Below are positions 31,640-40,414 of a stretch of 64,000 nt of DNA, piece after piece. How positions within the stretch are numbered: the first letter of the stretch is position 1; each line of letters starts with the position of its first letter. The position numbers and the translations under genes are program-made. The stretch is taken from assembly GCA_050942955.1 (NCBI GenBank), contig JBMNOG010000001.1:68347-132346 (forward strand), read 5' to 3'. The notes under the pieces were generated by a model that saw nothing but the letters and a program-made list of their open reading frames with translations, was not told the origin of the DNA and made no database searches. Source of the DNA: Patescibacteria group bacterium. GTDB lineage: Bacteria; Patescibacteriota; Microgenomatia; UBA1400; UBA1449.

Positions 31640-32563
31640 ATGGATACTACTAACCTACCAGACTATCTCAAGCCTCAAGTTGAAGCTATTGATGCCAAAA
31701 TCCAGGAGGCGCAGTCACTGCTTAAAGATCCTCTTATGGCAGAAATGGCTCATGAGGAAATCAAGCGCTTGGAAATGCAGAAAGAGGCTCTGGTCCAAAC
31801 TGTTACAGGAAGCGAAGATGAAGGCGAAACTACTGAAAGCGGAGTTAATCCCAACGTTGCTATTGTCGAAATCAGGGGAGCTGCCGGAGGTGAAGAAGCC
31901 AAAATCTGGGCAACAGATCTTCTGAGAATGTATTTGCGCTTTGCGGAAAGAAACAGCTGGAAAATTAGTACTTTGGATGATTTAACCCTTAAAATTAAAG
32001 GGGGAGAAGCTTATACTCTTTTGCAATTTGAGTCAGGGGTGCATAGAGTGCAGCGTATTCCGATTACAGAGAAAAACGGCCGGATTCATACCTCAACTGC
32101 TACAGTGGCAATTTTACCTATCGTTCCTAAAACCCAGATCAAACTTAATCCAAGCGATCTTGAGTGGAGCTTCTCAAGAGCTGGAGGCCATGGTGGACAG
32201 AATGTTAACAAAGTTTCTACTGCTGTAAGGCTTCTTCACAAACCTACAGGTATTGTAGTTTCTTGCCGTCAGGAACGAACCCAAATGCAAAACCGGATAA
32301 TTGCAGAAGACTTGCTTAGGTCAAGACTTTGGGAAATGGAAGAAGAGAAGCGTTTGTCTAAGATAACCACTGAAAGACGCTCTGCAGTCGGCCGAGGTAT
32401 GCGTTCAGAAAAAATCAGAACCTACAACTATCCCCAAAACAGAGTTACAGATCATCGTATCGGTAAATCCTGGTATGCTCTGGAAAGCGTTATGGATGGA
32501 GATCTGAAAACTATCGTCGAGACACTGCAAAAAGCTGCTAATGAGCCTGAAGCTTCACAGTAA
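31640..32563 (+). CDS. prfA: Peptide chain release factor 1 (short form)
   Basis: The codon-recognition tripeptide is P-I-T ([14 protein letters not shown], which is RF1 type). GGQ motif at [14 protein letters not shown]. Confidence 0.8.
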   Translation: MDTTNLPDYLKPQVEAIDAKIQEAQSLLKDPLMAEMAHEEIKRLEMQKEALVQTVTGSEDEGETTESGVNPNVAIVEIRGAAGGEEAKIWATDLLRMYLRFAERNSWKISTLDDLTLKIKGGEAYTLLQFESGVHRVQRIPITEKNGRIHTSTATVAILPIVPKTQIKLNPSDLEWSFSRAGGHGGQNVNKVSTAVRLLHKPTGIVVSCRQERTQMQNRIIAEDLLRSRLWEMEEEKRLSKITTERRSAVGRGMRSEKIRTYNYPQNRVTDHRIGKSWYALESVMDGDLKTIVETLQKAANEPEASQ

Positions 32564-32889
32564 ATTCACCTCTTACCTCATGAAGATAGATTTTTCTGGA
32601 TATTTCCTGCTCCTCATATAAATACATGTATTTCACACGATAAATGGCATAATACAAGTAAAATAGTCCAAAAACTTCAGAAAGTAAAACCTACGGGAAT
32701 TAAAATAGAAGAAACCCAGCTCTTTGCTGAAAATAGAGATATATCCGTATTTACCACTCTACTCCCCTAATAACGGCTTTGATTTAATGTTTCCCCTAGA
32801 AGGAAAGCAGTAGCAGGAAACAATGCGCCAACTCCTTGGACGAGCTTATTACAATGGCAATGATAGATATAATTTATACGTATAGCTAC

Positions 32890-34098
32890 CTACTGAGCAG
32901 TCTCTTCCAGAATAGCCGTGGCTGTCTTTTTCTCACCGTTGCGCCAATACTCAATCTCAATTGTATCGCCAATTTTTTTCTGGCCGATTATCTTAGCTAG
33001 TCCTCCCTCAACATCACCCAAAGATTGTCCATCCAGCTTCATGATAATATCGCCATTTTCCAGTCCTGCTTTCGCTGCCGGAGAACCTTCAATCACTGTA
33101 ACTAAGTATGCTCCTTCTGGTACCTCATTAAGAAGTGCCAAATCCTTGGATATCATCTTGTACTGGACCCCCAGATAAGCGCGTTCAAACCGGCCGGTCT
33201 GGTTAAAGTTATCAATAGATTGCTTAACCACGTTAATAGGAATTGCAAAGGATATATTATCAGCTCCTCCAGCTGTTGCTACGTTCACTCCAATAACCTG
33301 GCCAAGGGAATTAAGCAACGGCCCCCCGGAATTGCCGGGATTGATTGCAGCATCAGTCTGAATCACATTCTCCAATCTTTCGGAACTGGCTCCAAACACA
33401 TCACCAGCAACAATTCCCCTACCTAAGCCTGAGATCACCCCAGTTGTCACAGTATTACGGAATTCTCCTAAGGCCGTGCCAATAGCAACCACAAACTGGC
33501 CTACTTCAAGATTGTCAGAATTTCCCAAAGGTAATGGTTTTAAATCTGATCCCGCTATTTTAAGGATTGCCAAATCTAATGTAGGATCGCGGTAAATGTT
33601 TTCAACCTTGTACTCTTTATTGTCCACTGAGATAACTTTGTACTCGGCATCTGTATCAGCAACCACATGCTTATTGGTTACAATGAGACCATCGTCTGTT
33701 AAAACAAAACCAGTACCGATATCTTGCTCAATCTCCTGTTCCTCGATTTGAGGATTTTGCTGTTGTCCAAAAAAACCAAATGGGTCAAAAAGATTTCCAA
33801 AGGGATTGCCGCGCAATATACGCTGGGTCTTTTGAATCCCAACAGTAACTACTGAAGGCGAAGCGTTCTTAACTACATCAATAACCAATGATTCTTCTGA
33901 AACAATTTTTTGCTCAACTAAAACCGCTCCTTCAGCTTCTGTATTTTTGTCTTTAGCAACCGACGAGAAATACTTTCCGATTATTTCATCCCCGTAATAA
34001 CCACCAATAGCACCTCCAACCAACCCACTTACAATGAGTAATAGCGACAAAAACATTAATAAAATAATGTTTTTTGTTGGACTTACAGTTGTACTCAT
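32890..34098 (-). CDS. HtrA/DegP-family serine protease with a PDZ domain
   Basis: N-terminal TM helix, then GTGFVLTDDGLIVTNKHVV (His), GNSGGPLLNSLGQVIGVN (Ser) and a C-terminal PDZ domain. Confidence 0.85.
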   Translation of the reverse strand: MSTTVSPTKNIILLMFLSLLLIVSGLVGGAIGGYYGDEIIGKYFSSVAKDKNTEAEGAVLVEQKIVSEESLVIDVVKNASPSVVTVGIQKTQRILRGNPFGNLFDPFGFFGQQQNPQIEEQEIEQDIGTGFVLTDDGLIVTNKHVVADTDAEYKVISVDNKEYKVENIYRDPTLDLAILKIAGSDLKPLPLGNSDNLEVGQFVVAIGTALGEFRNTVTTGVISGLGRGIVAGDVFGASSERLENVIQTDAAINPGNSGGPLLNSLGQVIGVNVATAGGADNISFAIPINVVKQSIDNFNQTGRFERAYLGVQYKMISKDLALLNEVPEGAYLVTVIEGSPAAKAGLENGDIIMKLDGQSLGDVEGGLAKIIGQKKIGDTIEIEYWRNGEKKTATAILEETAQ

Positions 34099-34152
34099 GT
34101 GCCTCCTCTGTATAACGGTTTTACTTTAACATAGCAATAAAGTATGAAAAGC

Positions 34153-34560
34153 TTATGAAGCTGTGATTTTTAGAGTTATCTTAGCCCGGTTTTTGCCAAT
34201 TTTCAAATTAATTAGGTAACTGCCCACATGTTTTATGGGTTCGGGCAATTTTACATCAATCGGCTGTTTGTACCCCAAAGCTTTTTTAATCTGTTGCTTA
34301 CCAATACTACCGTAAAGCTCCCCTTCTTCATTAGCTTTTGTCTTAATCGTTATAGTTTTTCCGTCAATTTTTTGTGCCACTTCTCTTTGTTCCCGATCCT
34401 TCTCCTTGAGTTTTTCCTGTTTCTTCTGCGCCTTTTCTGCGAGGTCTTCCAAAACTGTTTCCGTAGCTTTTACAGCCAGACCCTTAGGGATAAGGTAATT
34501 CAAAGCATAGCTGTCATTAACTTCAGTAAGTTCATTATTTTTTGTAAGCACAACTTTCAT
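34153..34560 (-). CDS. rplI: 50S ribosomal protein L9
   Basis: MKVVLTKNNELTEVNDSYALNYLIPKGLAV. Confidence 0.9.
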   Translation of the reverse strand: MKVVLTKNNELTEVNDSYALNYLIPKGLAVKATETVLEDLAEKAQKKQEKLKEKDREQREVAQKIDGKTITIKTKANEEGELYGSIGKQQIKKALGYKQPIDVKLPEPIKHVGSYLINLKIGKNRAKITLKITAS

Positions 34561-34563
34561 ACA

Positions 34564-35979
34564 TTACTGCATTAGTAGTTCTACTGCTTTGTTAAGCTGA
34601 ATATCATTTGTTGGGTCTTCTTCATCCAATTTTACCTCAACATCAGGAGTTAAACCTTTTTCATGAACCCACTCACCCTTAGGAGTCAACCATCTGGCGA
34701 TAGTTATATGAACACCAGACCCGTCATCATAATCCACTACTGACTGGATTGTTCCCTTGCCAAATGATTGTTCGCCAACTATTTGTGTCCGGCCGTGATC
34801 TCTTAAAGCTCCGGCTAAAATCTCCGAAGCAGAAGCGCTGCCTTTGTTAACGAGTACTACTAACGGAGTAGTAAGTAGTCTTCCATATCGTTGCGTCTTA
34901 AACTCCTGGGTAGGTAACTTTGAATGCTCCTGTTTAACTACCACCTGGCCCAAGGGTAAAAACTCAGCAGCCAAGTTAACCGCGCTTTCCATGTACCCAC
35001 CTGGGTTATTTCTAAGATCCAAAACTACTCCAGAAACCTGACTGCCTCTTTTAGTAATCTCTTCAACCGCTTTATCCCACTGTTCTTCAGTAAGTTCACC
35101 AAAACGGCTGAGGCGCAGGTGAGCGACTAGCTGACCGCTATCCGAAGCTTCAGTAAACTTGCCTTCTTCCAATCTCCCAAAGGCTACTTCTACAGAAGGT
35201 ACCAAAATAGTTTCCCGTACCAAATCTACTTCATAGGTTTCGGTCGCTCCATCGTGAAGAAGTGTCAGAGTTACGATAGTCCCTTTTTCACCCCGTATAT
35301 GTTCAACTGCTTCGGCAAGAGACATACCATACGTTTCTTTTTCAAGTCCTTTGCCTTCATCTTTAATCTTTAAAATGAGATCTCCGGCTTTAACCCCTGC
35401 TTTTTCTGCCGGCATCCCGGATATCGGGGCAATAACCACCATCTGGTCACCCATTTTGTATCCCAGCTGAATACCAACTCCTTCAAATGAACCGTTCAGG
35501 TTTTCTTTAGAAGTCTGATTTTGTCTTGGCGGAAAGTAGGCTGTGTATGGATCTTCTAAAGCAGAGGTCATCCCTTTTATGGCTCCATGCACCATTTTTT
35601 CGTAATCAATCTTATCTTTAAATAAGTAATTCTGTTCTAGTTGATCCCAAACTCTCCAGAAAAGAGACATATCTACTAACTTGTCGCTCGGCTGACTACG
35701 GTCTACCGTTACCTTTTGCTCAACAATCTCTTGCTTAAGTCCAGGAATTATATCTTTAACAGAAGTAATGTTATACCTGCCGACAAACCAGCCACCCCAC
35801 CCTGTTAACGCTAACAAGCAAAATATTAGCACTAGGTTTCTAACTGCAGTTAGTGGTACAGATTTTTTCGTTGTCTCCATGTTTAGAGTTATTTTTGTTG
35901 ACTCACTATTTTGTCTTAATTGAGGATTTTTATCAAGCTGAGGTTTAAATTGCTTGGAGCGTAATTCTTTTTTAGGCAT
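34564..35979 (-). CDS. ctpA: Carboxyl-terminal processing protease (S41 family), with PDZ
   Basis: VVLVNKGSASASEILAGALRDHGRTQIVGEQSFGKGTIQ carries the catalytic Ser/Lys. N-terminal TM anchor. Confidence 0.85.
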   Translation of the reverse strand: MPKKELRSKQFKPQLDKNPQLRQNSESTKITLNMETTKKSVPLTAVRNLVLIFCLLALTGWGGWFVGRYNITSVKDIIPGLKQEIVEQKVTVDRSQPSDKLVDMSLFWRVWDQLEQNYLFKDKIDYEKMVHGAIKGMTSALEDPYTAYFPPRQNQTSKENLNGSFEGVGIQLGYKMGDQMVVIAPISGMPAEKAGVKAGDLILKIKDEGKGLEKETYGMSLAEAVEHIRGEKGTIVTLTLLHDGATETYEVDLVRETILVPSVEVAFGRLEEGKFTEASDSGQLVAHLRLSRFGELTEEQWDKAVEEITKRGSQVSGVVLDLRNNPGGYMESAVNLAAEFLPLGQVVVKQEHSKLPTQEFKTQRYGRLLTTPLVVLVNKGSASASEILAGALRDHGRTQIVGEQSFGKGTIQSVVDYDDGSGVHITIARWLTPKGEWVHEKGLTPDVEVKLDEEDPTNDIQLNKAVELLMQ

Positions 35980-35987
35980 AGAAATCG

Positions 35988-36755
35988 CTATCCAACTAAC
36001 ATAACTTTCTCTTCTCCATTAACTACGAGGTGTTTATTATGGAAAGAGGCAAGCTGCTTTTTGTCTGGTAGTAAAATAAAGCCCATATGTATTTTGTTGT
36101 GCAACTCCACCTCCAGTCTCTCCCCTTCTTCAACTACCCCTCCTGAAGCAACAATAGCCGTAACTCCTACAGCACAGGCTTTATACATTTCTTTAACTGT
36201 CGGCACTGTTGGAAGCAATAAAATTTTGCCCTGCATCTCAGGCACAAGCATCTGTGCAGAAAACTCATGCTCGATAAGTAAGCCCTCTCCCTCACCATGA
36301 CCAAAACCAATTAGTCCCTCAACTTGTTTGCCATTATCTGCTTTAGATTGTTTAGTTAGATCTTTAGTGGTTTCTGTCTTTTCCTCTGTAGTCTCAAGTT
36401 TAGGCTTTTCAACTACTAATAGCTCTGTATCTTTTTCGGGAGCATTAACTTTGAGATGTTTTTCTTTTGGGGCTTCTTTTACGAGTAGTTCAGAAGATTT
36501 CTCTGAAATTGAAGTCTTGCCTAGTTTTGTACCATCTAGCTCAACAATAAGCGTTCCATTGATGGTATCAATATTAGCTACTATTCCGGCTACAGGAGAC
36601 TGGATCTCGGTTTTATCAAAACCCAGGAAGGGTTTCTTACAAGCCAGTACAATCCCTTCTGAGATTTTAGAACCTATAGAGACAGAGAGGTACTTGGCAA
36701 TTTCAACCGGTTTTACTTTTAGGGGTAGTGCAATATCAATAGCAACCGTCGACAT
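35988..36755 (-). CDS. Hypothetical protein with a biotin/lipoyl-like hybrid motif at the N-terminus and a charged Lys/Glu linker
   Basis: SPVAGIVANIDTINGTLIVE resembles a lipoyl/hybrid barrel. The remainder is unrecognised. Confidence 0.35.
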   Translation of the reverse strand: MSTVAIDIALPLKVKPVEIAKYLSVSIGSKISEGIVLACKKPFLGFDKTEIQSPVAGIVANIDTINGTLIVELDGTKLGKTSISEKSSELLVKEAPKEKHLKVNAPEKDTELLVVEKPKLETTEEKTETTKDLTKQSKADNGKQVEGLIGFGHGEGEGLLIEHEFSAQMLVPEMQGKILLLPTVPTVKEMYKACAVGVTAIVASGGVVEEGERLEVELHNKIHMGFILLPDKKQLASFHNKHLVVNGEEKVMLVG

Positions 36756-36834
36756 GTAGGCAGAAGAAAATCAAAGCTCTTTTAAAACCCTGATTCTCCT
36801 TTAAGGAAATGTTAATATCCTTTGTTGTAGTCAC

Positions 36835-37077
36835 TTACTTTACACTTGCTACAAAAGGAAGTAATGCCAAATGCCTTGCCCGTTTAACTGCGATCGTTAG
36901 TTGTCTTTGGGTTTTTGCTGTTAAGCCTGTCCGACTCTTGGGTAAAATCTTGCCACGGTCACTTAAGTAAGGCAAAAGCTCATCGACTTTTTTGTAATCC
37001 GGCTGTATACCGGCTTTAACAAAAGGATCGTTTGTTTTTACTGGCGGTAACTTATGAACCTTTTTTCTTTTTGCCAT
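36835..37077 (-). CDS. rpsR: 30S ribosomal protein S18
   Basis: [38 protein letters not shown]. Confidence 0.9.
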   Translation of the reverse strand: MAKRKKVHKLPPVKTNDPFVKAGIQPDYKKVDELLPYLSDRGKILPKSRTGLTAKTQRQLTIAVKRARHLALLPFVASVK

Positions 37078-37097
37078 TTTTTTTCTAAACTTTATAA

Positions 37098-37637
37098 CTA
37101 GAATGGAATGTCGTCAGCACTAACCTCTTCGGAAGTACTTTCCTGAGCGGTTTTTGACTCTTTGGCTTTACCGTCTTTCTTTTCAGCTTTTTCAGTTTTA
37201 GCAGGAGCTTTATCAGACTGAGTTTTTGGCTCTTCTACTTTGGTTTCTACTTCTGCTACAGGAGGAGAAGCGTTTTCGGCACTAGTCTCCTCATCTTTTC
37301 TACGGCTGTCAAGAACAATCATATCATCAATAACTACCTCAGTTGTCTGGCGTTCCTGACCGTCTTGGGTAGTCCAAGACCTAGTCTGCAACCGACCTTC
37401 AACATAAATCTTGCGACCCTTGAAAAGGAGCTGGTTACATAATTCTGCAAGCTTATTCCAGGAAACCAGTCTATGAAACTCGGTTTCTTCCTGTCTTTGG
37501 CCTGAGGAATCAGTCCATGATCTGTTAGTTGCCAAACCAATAGTACAAACTGGTGTACCCTGTGGAGTATAACGTAACTCCGGATCTCTGGTCAGGTTTC
37601 CAATTAGCTGAACTTTGTTTAAACTGCGTGAAGACAT
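37098..37637 (-). CDS. ssb: Single-stranded DNA-binding protein
   Basis: [36 protein letters not shown] is the OB fold. The acidic tail ends in DDIPF. Confidence 0.9.
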   Translation of the reverse strand: MSSRSLNKVQLIGNLTRDPELRYTPQGTPVCTIGLATNRSWTDSSGQRQEETEFHRLVSWNKLAELCNQLLFKGRKIYVEGRLQTRSWTTQDGQERQTTEVVIDDMIVLDSRRKDEETSAENASPPVAEVETKVEEPKTQSDKAPAKTEKAEKKDGKAKESKTAQESTSEEVSADDIPF

Positions 37638-37739
37638 ACATCCTCCTTTTAACTCACTGTAATCGCATCAGATACAGATCTTTTTTGTAAATTTTAATAA
37701 TACACTTAATAATAAAGAATTTTTACGTTAATTTCAAAG

Positions 37740-38006
37740 TTATACTCTAACAACAAGGCTTCGGAGCAGATCTTCTTCTAAGCGGATTTTTTCCTCTAAC
37801 TCTTTAATAGTTTTTGGCTCAGCCTCAACTTTAAAGTAGAGATACTTAGCCTCTTCAAGCTTGTTAATCGGATACGCTAAAGATTTGACCCCCCAATCTT
37901 CTTCTTTAATAACTTTAGCTTTTGCACTTTTTATAAAGTCTTCCAGTCTTTTAGGAAGTTCTTTATTTTTTTTGTCAAAAACAAATGTAAGTTCGTATTT
38001 TGCCAT
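37740..38006 (-). CDS. rpsF: 30S ribosomal protein S6
   Basis: MAKYELTFVFDKK... Confidence 0.9.
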   Translation of the reverse strand: MAKYELTFVFDKKNKELPKRLEDFIKSAKAKVIKEEDWGVKSLAYPINKLEEAKYLYFKVEAEPKTIKELEEKIRLEEDLLRSLVVRV

Positions 38007-38112
38007 AAAATCCTCAATTAATAAGTAAAATGCTATTTTATACTAAAATTAATTTTTTGCACTCTGTCCGTGCTTAGTCCGTGCTTAGTCTGAAGGATTA
38101 TAACACTTTCTC

Positions 38113-38457
38113 CTAGGCAAGCAAATAATTAAAAAAGGGGTTATTCAAGAAATAATACACGCTGGAAAAGTGTCCGGATAATAGAGTAATAAGAAAGAGA
38201 GATACATAGAGGTTAGTAAGTACACCGTATGCTACACCTGCGACAATTGATTTCGACTTACCGGCCACATATTTATTCCGTACTTGAGTATAAATAAAAG
38301 CAAAATGAATCACAAAAAATAAATCAGCAGTAATAAAAGTAATTCTTAACAAAGCGGGAGAAGGAGCAATGTGAAGTGGGTATTTCTCATCTATAACACG
38401 TCTACTAACATCATCTAGAGAATATACTAGAATATCTGAAGCTATACTATAGAACAC
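38113..38457 (-). CDS. Hypothetical small membrane protein
   Basis: Hydrophobic segments only. No motif. Confidence 0.3.
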   Translation of the reverse strand: MFYSIASDILVYSLDDVSRRVIDEKYPLHIAPSPALLRITFITADLFFVIHFAFIYTQVRNKYVAGKSKSIVAGVAYGVLTNLYVSLFLITLLSGHFSSVYYFLNNPFFNYLLA

Positions 38458-38670
38458 TACTGAAGGGATAAACTTAAAAACTGCTTATCGAACAAATTGT
38501 TAGAAATTCTTAACAGCTTCAGGACTCCCAGTAAGATAATCAATCTAAAAACACAAAAAGAGAGGAGTAGTATTAAGAGAAGAAATATCCAAGCAAGTAA
38601 CTTAACCATACTTCAATTAAAAAGGATTATTTTTGCTGTGACAATACGGAAACATAAGAGAAAAAGGTGC

Positions 38671-39777
38671 TTACCTTCCAATCATAAACTCAACCACATC
38701 CCCGTCCTGCATAATATAATCCCTGCCTTCCTGTCTGACTTTTCCCTGTTCTCTCGCGTTTTTCCAACCACCCAGCTCAACAAACTTCTTCCAATTAATA
38801 ACTTGAGCTTTGATAAATTTCTTGGAGAAATCAGTGTGAATAACTCCTGCTGCTTCCTGTGCAATTGTGCCTTTTTTAATTGTCCAGGCTCTGGCTTCGA
38901 TGATTCCTGCAGTTAGAAAACTTATGAGGCCTAGTTTACCGTACGCCACCTTTGCCATCTGATCAATCCCTGACTTATCAAGCCCCATTTCACTCAGGTA
39001 CTCTTTTTGTTCATTTTCAGGCAATTCGCTTAGCTGAGCTTCCAATTTTGCTGATATATAAACCACATCTGAGGATAAAACCCCCAGCTTTTCGTGCATG
39101 TTTTTTTCGGTTTTTGTTAGGAGCTGGTCCTCAGACAGATTAACCGCATAGATCTCAGGTTTTATCGTCAAAAAGCACAAGGGCTGAACAATTTCTAACT
39201 CTTTATCCGTAAACTCAACAGTATTGAGCATCTTACTCTCGTTAAGCGCATCTTCAACTTTTTTGTAGATATTTAGGATAACTTCCTTTTCCTTAACGCT
39301 CTGGACTTTAAGCTTTGCTTCTTTAGCTTTTTTAACTGTTTCCATGTCTTTTAAGATAAGCTCAGTCCTGACTGTTTCCAAGTCCTCAACCGGATCCATT
39401 TTCCCTGTTACAACGACATCGCTGTCTTCAAATGCGCGCAAAACGTGACAGATAAGGTCAGTTTCTCTGATGTAGGCAAGAAACTGGTTGCCTAACCCTT
39501 CGCCCTGGGAAGCTCCGGCAACTAGTCCGGCGATATCGTAGAACTCAATGGTGGCCGGTTTTTTCGGCACACTCCCCTGCTCGAGCTTCTCATTCTTCTC
39601 AACCACTTCAGCCAATTTCTCAAGCCTCTCATCAGAAACTTCAACAATGCCTACATTCGGCTCGATGGTTGCAAACGGGTAGTTTGCCGCCAAAGCCGCC
39701 TGCCTTTTAAGTAAGGCATTAAAAAGTGTTGACTTACCAACATTTGGAAGACCAACGATTCCGACAGAGAGAGACAT
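38671..39777 (-). CDS. ychF: Ribosome-binding ATPase YchF (Obg-like GTPase family) with a TGS domain
   Basis: MSLSVGIVGLPNVGKSTLFNALL...NYPFATIEPN... Confidence 0.9.
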   Translation of the reverse strand: MSLSVGIVGLPNVGKSTLFNALLKRQAALAANYPFATIEPNVGIVEVSDERLEKLAEVVEKNEKLEQGSVPKKPATIEFYDIAGLVAGASQGEGLGNQFLAYIRETDLICHVLRAFEDSDVVVTGKMDPVEDLETVRTELILKDMETVKKAKEAKLKVQSVKEKEVILNIYKKVEDALNESKMLNTVEFTDKELEIVQPLCFLTIKPEIYAVNLSEDQLLTKTEKNMHEKLGVLSSDVVYISAKLEAQLSELPENEQKEYLSEMGLDKSGIDQMAKVAYGKLGLISFLTAGIIEARAWTIKKGTIAQEAAGVIHTDFSKKFIKAQVINWKKFVELGGWKNAREQGKVRQEGRDYIMQDGDVVEFMIGR

Positions 39778-39943
39778 ATCAAAGTATTATAACTTATTTC
39801 GTAACAAGGTATCTCAGATATAAGTTAATCAATACTAAGAGCGCTTAAAACAGTTGTTCGGATATATTAAAAAACCTCTGAATACTAATCCCTCCAGTTT
39901 ATTAGAACAGCTTTCAGTTTCCTTGAAAGAAAGGTTTGAGGAA

Positions 39944-40246
39944 CTATTGCTCAACAACTAAATTTTTCAGTCCCCAAACTCCCTGAAGGTATTGTGCAGT
40001 AATTTTATCAATAGGGCACAGACAGTTTTCTTTTATTAATTTCAGTTCGTCGTGGGTTAGGCTGTTATACCTTCCCATTATCCCATCCCCCGTCTGCATC
40101 TGTAACCACAACTCTGTCGGGTTTTTTGCCTCTAAAAACAAATTTTTGTCTTGAACTTCTTGGCTCTCCATCGCTACACTAATTTCTACTCTTTCTGTCA
40201 CTGCCATAGATTTTTGATTATATTTATGACGGAGTATACCACACAC
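39944..40246 (-). CDS. Hypothetical protein
   Basis: ORF only. Confidence 0.25.
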   Translation of the reverse strand: MCGILRHKYNQKSMAVTERVEISVAMESQEVQDKNLFLEAKNPTELWLQMQTGDGIMGRYNSLTHDELKLIKENCLCPIDKITAQYLQGVWGLKNLVVEQ

Positions 40247-40414
40247 TAATTAGTAATTATTTTTTAAAGAAGTTAATTCTCGCTGAGCCGACTAGGACAG
40301 AACAGAGTTTGAAAATCAAATTTGGAAACTAGTATTCGCTTATAAAATAATACTATTACTAGATTCGCTTCTATCTCTCCTTGCGAAACTCATCCTGTTT
40401 GCGTAGTATAGTTT

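Noticed and set aside
31611-31925. 104-aa ORF overlapping the start of prfA in another frame
   Set aside because: The prfA frame carries the RF1 motifs. This frame is Lys/Leu-rich noise.
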